Below are positions 26,834-36,082 of a stretch of 64,000 bases of DNA, one piece after another. The notes below the pieces were generated by a model. It searched no databases. It saw nothing but the letters and a program-made list of their open reading frames with translations, and had not been told where the DNA came from. The translations under genes and the position numbers were made by a program. Origin of the DNA: an uncultured bacterium (GTDB lineage Bacteria > Pseudomonadota > Alphaproteobacteria > MED-G09); NCBI GenBank assembly GCA_964001285.1, contig CAXFAF010000006.1, forward strand, positions 8,205 to 72,204, read 5' to 3'. Every line of letters starts with the position of its first letter. Within the stretch, counting starts at the first letter, position 1.

Positions 26834-27607
26834 CTATTCTGGCATAGCGCCTGAGGTGACAGACATTGCATTATCAACTCTTAATTGTGCGCCATTCATA
26901 AATTTTGATTCATCTGAGGCAAGATATAATGCCGCATAAGCGATATCCATTGGTTCACCAGTTTTACTTGCAGGTGCATCCTGATTAGGTGGATTGTCCC
27001 CAAATTTTGCATCCATTTTTTCAGGAACACTTGCAACCATTGGTGTGGCGATTCCTGAAGGATGAATTGAGTTACATCTCACACCATTCTTTTTTAAACC
27101 GCAATGAACTGCAACAGCTCTAGTGTAAGCCTCAATTGCGCCTTTAGCCGCACAATAGGCGGCAACATAAGATTCACCTTGAACAGAAGCTATTGAACAC
27201 ATATTGACAATTGATCCACCACCTGTTTCTGCCATAACTGGGATTGAATATTTGCATCCAAAGAAAGTGCTATCCATATGAACAGCCATAGTAAACCTAT
27301 ATTCTTCTGTTGTCTGATTTTCTGGATCGCCGACTTCAACTATTCCAGCATTATTAACAAGAACATCCAGTCTACCATGAAGTTTAACGGTTTCGGAAAT
27401 TACCTCTTTCCATCTTTCTTCATCGGTCACATCTTGTTGCATAAAAGTAGCACCAATTTCTTCAGCTAATTTTTTTCCTTCATCTTCGGCAACATCAGTT
27501 AAAACAACTTTAGCACCTTCACTAGCAAATAATTTAGCATCTGCTGCACCCAAACCCATAGCTGCACCAGTGATAATTGCTACTTTGTTTTCAAGTCTTC
27601 CTGCCAT
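26834..27607 (-). CDS. Short-chain dehydrogenase/reductase (candidate cis-dihydrodiol dehydrogenase)
   Basis: Coenzyme site TGAAMGLGAADA, catalytic YCAAKGA (YxxxK) and NNAG. Lies immediately downstream of a Rieske oxygenase. Confidence 0.85.
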   Translation of the reverse strand: MAGRLENKVAIITGAAMGLGAADAKLFASEGAKVVLTDVAEDEGKKLAEEIGATFMQQDVTDEERWKEVISETVKLHGRLDVLVNNAGIVEVGDPENQTTEEYRFTMAVHMDSTFFGCKYSIPVMAETGGGSIVNMCSIASVQGESYVAAYCAAKGAIEAYTRAVAVHCGLKKNGVRCNSIHPSGIATPMVASVPEKMDAKFGDNPPNQDAPASKTGEPMDIAYAALYLASDESKFMNGAQLRVDNAMSVTSGAMPE

Positions 27608-27625
27608 ACTAATCCTCCTATTTTA

Positions 27626-29014
27626 TTAAGTATTATTTTCGTTTAAATATTTATCTACCATTAGATGTAAATGTCTTGTTCTCGATTCTTGATAATTGCC
27701 TAAAGTTTGAGCACCCTTTGGACTAGCTTTAAAGCCCTTTGTTTGTGATAAAAGATTGTTTGTGTCTTGATCATATACAGCCCCTAAAAAACCAGTTCCT
27801 TCACATAAAGTATAACTATCATTTATATCCAAGTATTGAGGTTCCGGTGGTAGGGGATGATCTTCACCAGGAATTTTTGGTCGTAAAAATAAGAGATCAA
27901 ATATTGCATGATCTACTCCATCTGGTCTAAATCTATATACCATCGGTAATTGAAGCCCTGGAAAAAAGAAAGCATTAGGAAAAACAAAATATTCTATTGA
28001 ATCAATAGTTTCTGTAACGCTTAAGTGAGAAAAGTCAGATTTATATTTTTCACTCATTTCTTCTTGAACAATTCTTGCATAAACTTCTCTTGCAGTGCTT
28101 CCTTCGGGAACTTTTATTTCACCCGAATCATCATCGAGTCTTCTACCAAGAAGAATATCTAATATTCCTTGTTGGTCAGGTCGGTTATCAGTCACATGAG
28201 GGCTTGTATAGCCTATAGTATGAACAAAACGGGTGATATGATCACCAAAAATGTCATAATCTGCATTAGCATCACCTGCAGTCATAACGCCTTCAGAATG
28301 GGTTTCTAAAACATGATAAGCTTCTAGAAATGCTTCTGCAGAAGCCTTCCAGTTAGCTGGAAGCCTTTTAACTACATGTGTTTCTATATATCTATCTTCA
28401 AGATTCCAATTCTTAAAATGTTCAGGTAACACACCAAGATAATCATTTAAAGGTTTTGCATTTTGGTCAAAATTTACGAAAACAAAACCACCCCAAATAT
28501 CACATTTTAGCTCTGGCAAACTATATTCCTCTTTATTAACATGAGGAAAATCCCAATCGCACGGAAGAAATTCTAGTTTTCCAGAGAGTGACCATGTCCA
28601 GCCATGAAATGGGCATCTAAGTTCTTTGCATATTCCTGAAGTTCCTGAAGGTTTTAATTGCGTTCCCCTATGTAAACATGAATTATAATATGCCTTTATC
28701 TCATCTTTCTCAGATCTAACAATTATTGCTGAAAGATCACCTACATCATAAACATAATAGTCTCCAATTTCTGGAATATGATCAACATGGCAAGCCCACT
28801 GCCATACTCTTGACCACATATGGTCATTTTCTTTTTTTGCGAATTCTTCAGAGATATATCTTTCAAATGGTATGTCTGCATCGCTTATAAATTCATAAGA
28901 CTCTTCCAAAATAGGTGCTGGAGCCCCTGTGCAATCTCTACTTACCAATTCTTTGGTAGATGGATGATCAGGACATCTTGCTTCACCTGGTTTTAGATTT
29001 TTAAGTTCGCTCAT
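27626..29014 (-). CDS. Rieske [2Fe-2S] non-heme-iron oxygenase, alpha subunit (paralog 1)
   Basis: Rieske CLHRGTQL...CPFHGW and mononuclear-iron motif EAYHVLETH (Hx4H). 462 aa. First gene of a minus-strand operon. Confidence 0.88.
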   Translation of the reverse strand: MSELKNLKPGEARCPDHPSTKELVSRDCTGAPAPILEESYEFISDADIPFERYISEEFAKKENDHMWSRVWQWACHVDHIPEIGDYYVYDVGDLSAIIVRSEKDEIKAYYNSCLHRGTQLKPSGTSGICKELRCPFHGWTWSLSGKLEFLPCDWDFPHVNKEEYSLPELKCDIWGGFVFVNFDQNAKPLNDYLGVLPEHFKNWNLEDRYIETHVVKRLPANWKASAEAFLEAYHVLETHSEGVMTAGDANADYDIFGDHITRFVHTIGYTSPHVTDNRPDQQGILDILLGRRLDDDSGEIKVPEGSTAREVYARIVQEEMSEKYKSDFSHLSVTETIDSIEYFVFPNAFFFPGLQLPMVYRFRPDGVDHAIFDLLFLRPKIPGEDHPLPPEPQYLDINDSYTLCEGTGFLGAVYDQDTNNLLSQTKGFKASPKGAQTLGNYQESRTRHLHLMVDKYLNENNT

Positions 29015-29193
29015 GGCTTAAAACCCCCAAATTTATAATGACGATATAACAATAATCTCATATACGAAATACTAAATTTATAAAAATATCAATTTCTTAA
29101 TAAATTATTGACTTTTAGGGGTATTTTTAAAAAATATAATAATATTCTTCAAATTTTGATGTTTATATGTAGACTAGGTCCTATGTTTAGTGG

Positions 29194-29198
29194 GGAGG
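29194..29198 (+). promoter_or_regulatory. Shine-Dalgarno (GGAGG) for the TonB-dependent receptor
   Basis: GGAGG lies 5-6 nt upstream of the ATG at 29204, and a signal peptide begins at that ATG. Confidence 0.6.
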
Positions 29199-29203
29199 TT
29201 TTT

Positions 29204-31402
29204 ATGAAAAAACTAACTATATTTTTTGTTGCTTGTATTTTAGCTATTACAGGCAGTGTTATGGCTGATGAGGGTGAGAACCTACAAAGTTCAGCTAGCA
29301 ATTCTTCAAGTTCTGCAACTAGTCAATCCAATGCTGGTTTGGAAGAGATAGTAGTTACTGCTCGTAAGAGGGAAGAAAGTCTTTTAGATATTCCTGAATC
29401 AGTAGTAGCAATATCAGGATTAAGTATTGATCGTCAAAATATTAAAGGTCTTGATAAAATTGGGTTAGCCATTCCAAACCTTAATCTCGCTATGCGTACA
29501 GATGGATATCCAAATGCTTCCATTAGGGGTATTGGTGCTTTTGGTTTAACACAAGGTGTAGGTTTTTATATTGATGATGTTCAATTATTTAGTGATGCTT
29601 CATCAAGATTTGGAGACTTAGAAAGAATAGAGGTTATAAAGGGTCCACAAGGAACCTTATATGGAGGTAGTAATATTGGTGGAGCCATTAAGTATGTTAG
29701 TAAACGTCCAGATTCAAACGAAACCTCTGGAAGATTAAAACTTCTTGGTGGTGAGCAAGGCGTAATAGATGTTGAAGCTTCTGTTAATATGCCCATTGGT
29801 GATAATGGTTGGGCAATTAGAGTATTTGGGTTTACTAGAGAAGATGATGGATTTATGTATAATCCTAATTCTGATAATGTTGACAATCAAGACCCTGATG
29901 TAGGCGCTTATGACGAAAGTGGAGGGCGTTTATCAATTGCTGGTCAACTTTCGGATAATCTATCACTCTACGCTTCACTTCGCTACAATGAGTATAACGG
30001 CCCAGTAAATAATTGGGCGAGGGAATTAGGTAGTGCACCTAATTTCACTTATCCAAAGACTTTAGATGCGGGTTTAAACCCAACTCATGAAAGAGAAACT
30101 TTTGGAGCACATTTAGAGTTAGTTTTTGAAAGAGAAGGTTATGATGTTACTTCTGTAACCTCCTATACAGATACTGAAAGCACTCGGATTACAGATGTTG
30201 ATTTAACTCAATTCTGGTTTATGAACACATATAGACCCGAAGAATTTGAAATTATAACTCAGGAGATACGATTTACATCAACAACAGAAAGTAATTTTCA
30301 ATGGATAGCAGGTGTTTATGCTTCAAAATATACAAATAATATGGATTCATATTTACACTTCGGTCCGGGGATTATTCTACCTGATAGTGATTTTATTCTA
30401 CCATTTGAATTACGTGACGAAGAAAATACCCATTTAGCAGCTTTTGCTAATATTTCGTATGAAGAAGGTGATTGGAAGTTAGATTTAGGTTTAAGAATAG
30501 ATAGTTGGGAAGAGGATGAAGATAACCTCGATATAGAAACAAATGGAGCACTTCATGCTGGTGTAATTAATGATACTGAAGTTTTACCTCGTATTTCTGT
30601 GACAAGAAATCTGGAGAATGACTCCATGGCTTATTTAACAATATCCAAGGGCTTTGAGCCAGGAGGATTAAATGGATCTACTCCAATTTTAGGTCCTGAT
30701 GGTTCACCAACTCTTTTAGAATTTCAACCTGAAGAAGCCCTTCAATATGAAATTGGCTGGAAAGGGAGTTTTGCAGAAGGTAGAGGTACAGCATCTGTAG
30801 CCGCCTTCTTTATTGATTATAAGAAAAGAGCTTATCAAGTCTTAACCCCTAATCCAAATGGACCAGGTTTGATAGAGGGCATAACGAATGTAGGTAACTC
30901 TGAACAACATGGTGTTGAGTTTGAATTAGCTTATCAATTTAACGAAAGCCATTCGATAAGTCTTGCTGGAGGTATGATTGATGCTGAGTGGGATAATAAT
31001 ACAGTAGCCAATGATACTGATTTAAGCGGTCTGACGCCAGCGAATGTAATCGAGAATAGTTTTTCAATTAACTATAGTTACGATAAACTTCTTGCTAATG
31101 ATATGAATCTCATTGCAGATATTCAATTAAGTCATCAAGGAGAAGGTAAGAGTATGCCGCCTTGGGATTCTATAAATAATCCAGATTACACCGTAATAAA
31201 CATTCAGGCAGGAATAATAAGGGGTCCTTGGGAGTTTATGTTGAATTTGGATAATGCTACTGATGAAGAGTATTATACAGATTTAGAAAATTTCCCTAAT
31301 TTTGGATTTGGCAGCCCTGATATCGAAACGCATCCTACAATTGTTATTGGTACTTATGGTCATCCAAGAATATTATCTGCTAGTTTGACATATAATTTTT
31401 AA
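29204..31402 (+). CDS. TonB-dependent outer-membrane receptor
   Basis: Signal peptide MKKLTIFFVACILAITGSVMA, plug region EEIVVTARKRE..., a long beta-barrel and a C-terminal aromatic residue (...LTYNF). Start chosen at the ATG at 29204 with GGAGG 6 nt upstream; the ORF-track start at 29108 is rejected. Confidence 0.88.
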   Translation: MKKLTIFFVACILAITGSVMADEGENLQSSASNSSSSATSQSNAGLEEIVVTARKREESLLDIPESVVAISGLSIDRQNIKGLDKIGLAIPNLNLAMRTDGYPNASIRGIGAFGLTQGVGFYIDDVQLFSDASSRFGDLERIEVIKGPQGTLYGGSNIGGAIKYVSKRPDSNETSGRLKLLGGEQGVIDVEASVNMPIGDNGWAIRVFGFTREDDGFMYNPNSDNVDNQDPDVGAYDESGGRLSIAGQLSDNLSLYASLRYNEYNGPVNNWARELGSAPNFTYPKTLDAGLNPTHERETFGAHLELVFEREGYDVTSVTSYTDTESTRITDVDLTQFWFMNTYRPEEFEIITQEIRFTSTTESNFQWIAGVYASKYTNNMDSYLHFGPGIILPDSDFILPFELRDEENTHLAAFANISYEEGDWKLDLGLRIDSWEEDEDNLDIETNGALHAGVINDTEVLPRISVTRNLENDSMAYLTISKGFEPGGLNGSTPILGPDGSPTLLEFQPEEALQYEIGWKGSFAEGRGTASVAAFFIDYKKRAYQVLTPNPNGPGLIEGITNVGNSEQHGVEFELAYQFNESHSISLAGGMIDAEWDNNTVANDTDLSGLTPANVIENSFSINYSYDKLLANDMNLIADIQLSHQGEGKSMPPWDSINNPDYTVINIQAGIIRGPWEFMLNLDNATDEEYYTDLENFPNFGFGSPDIETHPTIVIGTYGHPRILSASLTYNF

Positions 31403-31423
31403 TAGCAAAAAATATTAAATAAA

Positions 31424-31450
31424 AAAGGCTCTTTAAAAGAGCCTTTTTTT
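31424..31450. terminator. Bidirectional rho-independent terminator
   Basis: AAAAAA-GGCTCTT-TAAA-AAGAGCC-TTTTTTT: a perfect 7-bp GC-containing stem flanked by an A-run and a T-run, placed between the convergent TBDR (+) and MBL (-) genes. Confidence 0.75.
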
Positions 31451-32327
31451 ATGAGCTATCCGGGTGTTTGACTTCATAAATAAAGTGATCGTCTTTTCTT
31501 TTTACATATCCTGCAGATGGTGTAGCGAAATGTGTGCCAAAAACCAAAATATTTTCATCTGCATATTCTTCAAGTTTTTTTCTTCTCGTTTTTTTAGCAA
31601 GTTCTTTATCCCAATCAGCACTTGATTCCCAATCCAATCTCTCCATTTGACAGGGATGATGTAAAAAATCACCAGTTATTGCTGCCTTTATACCTTGTGC
31701 CTCAATACAAACGCTTACATGACCAGGGGTATGGCCAATTGTAGGTTCAAGGTGAATTCCTTCGCAAATTTTTTCATCCATATCTACGAACTTGACTAAC
31801 CCGGAGTCAATGATTGGTATTATTGAGTCATTTATAAATTCTGCATACCTATGATCGTTTAATTGTTTTTCTGTATGTTCCCATTCTTTCTTGCCGAAGA
31901 GATAATCAGCTTTTTTAAAAGTTGGTTCCCATTTATCATCTACAAGTACTGTATTCCACCCAACATGATCGGTGTGCATATGCGTACATAAAACAGTATC
32001 TATCTTATCAACAGAGTACCCTGATGTTTCTAAGTCTTCTAAAAATCTTGTTTGTAACATATTCCATTGGGGAATATGTCTTTCCTTATCATTTCCAAGA
32101 CATGTATCAACAATTATGCATTTTTCATTTGTTTCAATTATCAGGGCATGAATGCTTACAATTGTATTTCCTTCACTATCAGAAAAGTAAGGTTGTAGCC
32201 ATGGCATTTTCAGGATTTCTTCAGGTACCGCATCAGGAACAACAAACATTGGCCCAGCTCTTTCACCTTCAATAATTCTTGTTATTTTTATATCGCCAAT
32301 ATTCCAACTACTGATTTTATTATTCAT
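31449..32327 (-). CDS. MBL-fold metallo-hydrolase (lactonase-like)
   Basis: CTHMHTDHVGW (HxHxDH), GHTPGH, TGD and GTHF supply the full metallo-beta-lactamase ligand set. 292 aa. Confidence 0.8.
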   Translation of the reverse strand: MNNKISSWNIGDIKITRIIEGERAGPMFVVPDAVPEEILKMPWLQPYFSDSEGNTIVSIHALIIETNEKCIIVDTCLGNDKERHIPQWNMLQTRFLEDLETSGYSVDKIDTVLCTHMHTDHVGWNTVLVDDKWEPTFKKADYLFGKKEWEHTEKQLNDHRYAEFINDSIIPIIDSGLVKFVDMDEKICEGIHLEPTIGHTPGHVSVCIEAQGIKAAITGDFLHHPCQMERLDWESSADWDKELAKKTRRKKLEEYADENILVFGTHFATPSAGYVKRKDDHFIYEVKHPDSS

Positions 32328-32329
32328 TA

Positions 32330-32629
32330 TTATCCTGGATAATCAATTTGGTTGGCTTCATAAAATTTTGCATCAGTTTCTGGTGGATCACTTGCAAGTG
32401 CTCCAATGAAAGTTGCCACATGATCTGTTTTTAAATGATCCTTAAGTGATTGCAAATCTTCCCATAATTCAGTTATCCTTATATTAGCTTTGTTATGAAG
32501 CTCAACACTAAAGGCATAATCCACGCAGCCATTCTCTTCTCTGGTTTTGATCTCTAATTGTTGTACAGCTTCCTTTACTGTTTCAAAATTATTATCGTTT
32601 GTTTTCATTATTGCATTTACTACAATCAT
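32330..32629 (-). CDS. ABM (antibiotic biosynthesis monooxygenase / Dabb) domain protein
   Basis: 99 aa ferredoxin-like ABM fold, pattern ...VKEAVQQLEIKTREENGCVDYAF...ELWEDLQSLKDH. Confidence 0.7.
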   Translation of the reverse strand: MIVVNAIMKTNDNNFETVKEAVQQLEIKTREENGCVDYAFSVELHNKANIRITELWEDLQSLKDHLKTDHVATFIGALASDPPETDAKFYEANQIDYPG

Positions 32630-32773
32630 TTAGACCTCCTAATTTTTTAATTTTATTATCCCAAAATCATTATTTATTAATACATTTAAAACTTACAACA
32701 CATTTGTTTATTTTTTTTATTTTGTACTATTACTTTTTTTAGATAATATCTAATCATTAATTGGGGGAAATTA

Positions 32774-34144
32774 GTGCCACAACGCTTTGATCATATAGAT
32801 TTTTCTGACCAAATAACGGCGGATCCTAAGCATAATGCTAAGTTATCTAGTGATAGATATACTTGTCCTGATTTTATGCAATTAGAATGGGAAAAGATTT
32901 GGACTCAGTGTTGGTTATTTGCAGGTTTGGAATCTGATATTCAAGATGTGGGTGAATTTTTTGTTTATGATATAGGAAGAGAGTCAATAATAGTTACTCG
33001 AAATGAGAACAACAAAATTTCTGCATTTTATAATAGTTGCCAACATAGAGGTAACAAGATTTTAACTCAAGAATCTGGTTGGGTTAAACAAGTATCTTGT
33101 CCCTACCATGGTTGGACCTATGGTTTAGATGGAGAGCTTAAGAAAGTTCCCGATGCAGAATTATTCGAAGATAATGTTTTATGCGAAGAAAATTCCTTGA
33201 AATCTGTTTGTGTAGAGACTTGGGCGGGTATGATTTTTATAAATATGAGTGAGAATCCAGCCTCTCTTAGAATTTTCTTAGGAAAAATCATGGATCAACT
33301 TGGTCCATATCATTTTGAGAATATGCAACTAGTAAAACATCAGAGTGTAACATTGGATACGAATTGGAAAACAGTAAGGGATAATTTTTTAGAACAATAT
33401 CATGTTGATTTCATTCACCCCCAGCATGCTAGTTTCGTTGATTGTTGTGATGCACAAAATTATCTATGGCCTTTCGGTCATACTCACACATGTGTTGAAA
33501 GTCCCGTAATGAATCCTCGATATCCCATGCCAGAAGAGCCACCTGAATACATGATTCAATATCTCAAAGGTTTGGAGCTTAATCCAGATGATTATCATGG
33601 TAAGGTTCCAGAAATTAGAAAGGTTATTCAAAAACAAAAAAGAGTAATTGGCAAAAAACTTGGTTTTGATTATTCGGAACTTTCCGATGAGCAGGTTTCC
33701 GATGTTTTTCAATATGATATTTTTCCAAATTTATTTATGACAATTCATGCTGAGAGGGTTTGGCTTTATGGCCCTAGACCCCACCTTTCGGATCCAAATA
33801 AATGCACTTTTACAAAATTTAGCTTAATGCTGCCGGAAGATAAAATTCGAGATGAAAAAAAGGGTTTAGAGCTCCTTCCTGGTTCTTATGATTATGAGTA
33901 TTCTGAAACAAGAGTAGAGCATGAAGTTTTTACAAGACAAGATGTAATAGAAGGACGAAATTCTATGACTGTTACTATAGACCAAGACATTCATTATCTT
34001 AATGATATGCAGGCAGGTATGCATTCCCGTGGTTTTGACAAAGCTATTTTAAGTGATGATGAAGAAAGATTACAGCATTTCCATAACTGGGTTGATAATT
34101 GGTTAAGTGACAATTCATCTTGGTCTAAAATAAGTCAATCATAA
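32774..34144 (+). CDS. Rieske non-heme-iron oxygenase alpha subunit (paralog 2)
   Basis: GTG start with GGGGGAAA upstream. Rieske CQHRGNKI...CPYHGW and Fe site EQYHVDFIHPQH. 456 aa. Confidence 0.85.
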   Translation: MPQRFDHIDFSDQITADPKHNAKLSSDRYTCPDFMQLEWEKIWTQCWLFAGLESDIQDVGEFFVYDIGRESIIVTRNENNKISAFYNSCQHRGNKILTQESGWVKQVSCPYHGWTYGLDGELKKVPDAELFEDNVLCEENSLKSVCVETWAGMIFINMSENPASLRIFLGKIMDQLGPYHFENMQLVKHQSVTLDTNWKTVRDNFLEQYHVDFIHPQHASFVDCCDAQNYLWPFGHTHTCVESPVMNPRYPMPEEPPEYMIQYLKGLELNPDDYHGKVPEIRKVIQKQKRVIGKKLGFDYSELSDEQVSDVFQYDIFPNLFMTIHAERVWLYGPRPHLSDPNKCTFTKFSLMLPEDKIRDEKKGLELLPGSYDYEYSETRVEHEVFTRQDVIEGRNSMTVTIDQDIHYLNDMQAGMHSRGFDKAILSDDEERLQHFHNWVDNWLSDNSSWSKISQS

Positions 34145-34161
34145 TAAGAGCCTAGCAAATT

Positions 34162-35559
34162 ATGAGTGATACGAAATTACCAAAAAAAACTTTGTTCTTC
34201 TATGGTCTTTCAGAGATGCCATTATCGATTGCTTCTCTTCCTTTGTTGGCTTTTATACCAAATTATTATGTATCAGATTTAGGGCTTGATTTTGCTGTTG
34301 TCGCATTAGTTATGCTTTTGGCTAGATCATTTGATGCCGTTACTGATCCCTTGATTGGGTATTTAAGTGATAGGACTGATACGCGATGGGGAAGAAGACG
34401 GATATGGATGTTTTTATCAATCCCTATTTTAATGATAGCGGCTTATAAAATATTTTTTCCTCAAAATCTTTGGGAATTTGTTCCTTTTAGTCTCGATTTT
34501 CTTTCTTTGAATTTAGGAGCAGGGGGTCACTATCTTTTGTTTTGGTTTTTAGTGCTTTGGTTTGGATGGAGTATGCTTTTTATTCCTTATTATTCTTGGG
34601 CTGCAGAATTATCTTCAGATTATAATGAAAGATCGACTATTGTTGGCTGGCGCATGTTTATTGGGACATTTGGTAATGCCATATCCAAATTTTTACCGGC
34701 TATTGCTTTGTTATTTTTTGCTTATGGGGGAGCCGAGGAGACTATTATAATTATTGGAGCTGTTTTTCTTTTGGTTATTCCAATTTGTATAAGTTTATCA
34801 ATTTTCAATGTCCCTGAGAGAATGGATTATCAGACCAAGCAGGGGTCTATTAAAGAAGGTCTAAAGGCTATGTGGAAGAACAAAGCCTTTAGGCAGTTAA
34901 TTTTTGCATACTTTTTTAATTATATAGGGGTAACTCTTTCAACTTTAACAGTTATGTTTTTTATTAGGGGTGTTACAGGAGAAGAAGAGCAAGGTATTCT
35001 TTATTTCATTTTTTACTATGTTGCTAATCTTATTGGAATTCCCTTTTGGCTTTGGCTTTCAAAAAAAATAGGAAAACATAATGCCTGGAAGATAGGCTTA
35101 GGTGTCTTCACAGTAATGCAGCCATGTTATTTTTTCCTGGGTCAGGGAGATTATTATTGGATGTTTCCAATTACTACAATTGCTGGTTTAGCAGGATCAA
35201 CATTTCATCTTATACCGCATGCCATGAAGGCAGATGTTATAGATTATGATACTTATCTTACTGGTGAAGATAGAGCAGCACAGTTTTTTGCCGCATGGTC
35301 ATTTATAACGAAAATGGCTATTGCTATTGCCCCATTTTTTGCCTTCACATATTTAGATTTAATAGGCTTTAACTCTACGCCCGGAGCAATAAATAGTCCG
35401 GAGCAAATACTGGGGTTAAAAATATTATTTTGTTTTGCCCTTCCGCTATTTCTAATAATCGCTATTTTGTGTGTTCGTGATTATCCTATTACACAAGCAA
35501 AACAAGAAGAGATTCGAAAAGAGATAGAAACTCAAAAAAAACAATTACAAGGAGTATAA
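34162..35559 (+). CDS. GPH-family (glycoside-pentoside-hexuronide:cation symporter, MelB-like) MFS transporter
   Basis: The N-terminal signature FYGLSEMPLSIASLP...DAVTDPLIGYLSDRTDTRWGRRR is diagnostic of GPH/MelB-type symporters. 12 TM. Confidence 0.85.
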   Translation: MSDTKLPKKTLFFYGLSEMPLSIASLPLLAFIPNYYVSDLGLDFAVVALVMLLARSFDAVTDPLIGYLSDRTDTRWGRRRIWMFLSIPILMIAAYKIFFPQNLWEFVPFSLDFLSLNLGAGGHYLLFWFLVLWFGWSMLFIPYYSWAAELSSDYNERSTIVGWRMFIGTFGNAISKFLPAIALLFFAYGGAEETIIIIGAVFLLVIPICISLSIFNVPERMDYQTKQGSIKEGLKAMWKNKAFRQLIFAYFFNYIGVTLSTLTVMFFIRGVTGEEEQGILYFIFYYVANLIGIPFWLWLSKKIGKHNAWKIGLGVFTVMQPCYFFLGQGDYYWMFPITTIAGLAGSTFHLIPHAMKADVIDYDTYLTGEDRAAQFFAAWSFITKMAIAIAPFFAFTYLDLIGFNSTPGAINSPEQILGLKILFCFALPLFLIIAILCVRDYPITQAKQEEIRKEIETQKKQLQGV

Positions 35560-35560
35560 A

Positions 35561-36082
35561 ATGAGCGACGCTTTAGAAAGAGTTATTGCAAAATCTGAAA
35601 TTTATGATCTTTCATGCAAATATATGAGAGGTCTAGATAGATTAGATATAGAATTGTTGAAATCTGTTTTTCATGATGGTGCTTGGTGCGATTATGGTTT
35701 TACAAAAAGTGATGCTCCAACATTTGCTCAATTCTGTATGGATGCACTCAAAGAACATCATGCTAATCATCATATGATTGGTAATGTTTTGATAGAATTC
35801 AGCGACAATAAAGATGAAGCTTTTGGTGAAGTCTATTTTCAGGCTTATCACAAAGTTGATGAAGACGGTCAAATGAATGATGTTTTTATTTCTGGACGAT
35901 ATCTTGATCGTTATGAAAAAAGAGATGGTATTTGGAAGATGGTATACAGATCTGAAATTGTAGATTGGTCACGAACTGAACCAACCCATGAACCATATTT
36001 TGATTCAGCTCCAGATTGTTTTCGAGGTGGTCGTCAAGATGATAGAGTTTATGATACTAAAGATAGATATAATCCAAATTAA
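35561..36082 (+). CDS. SnoaL_4 / NTF2-like domain protein (paralog A)
   Basis: 173 aa, with IYDLSCKYMRGLDRLDIELLKSVFHDGA (NTF2-like SnoaL_4 pattern). Paralogous to 44901..45434; C-terminal regions align (SGRYLDRYEKRDGIWK vs SGRYIDRFERRNGEWK). Confidence 0.75.
   Translation: MSDALERVIAKSEIYDLSCKYMRGLDRLDIELLKSVFHDGAWCDYGFTKSDAPTFAQFCMDALKEHHANHHMIGNVLIEFSDNKDEAFGEVYFQAYHKVDEDGQMNDVFISGRYLDRYEKRDGIWKMVYRSEIVDWSRTEPTHEPYFDSAPDCFRGGRQDDRVYDTKDRYNPN

Noticed and set aside
29108-29203. ORF-track start of the TonB-dependent receptor at 29108 (MTFRGIFKKYNN...)
   Set aside because: The upstream extension is AT-rich and has no RBS. A canonical signal peptide begins at the ATG at 29204, which has GGAGG 6 nt upstream. 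The shorter start was used.
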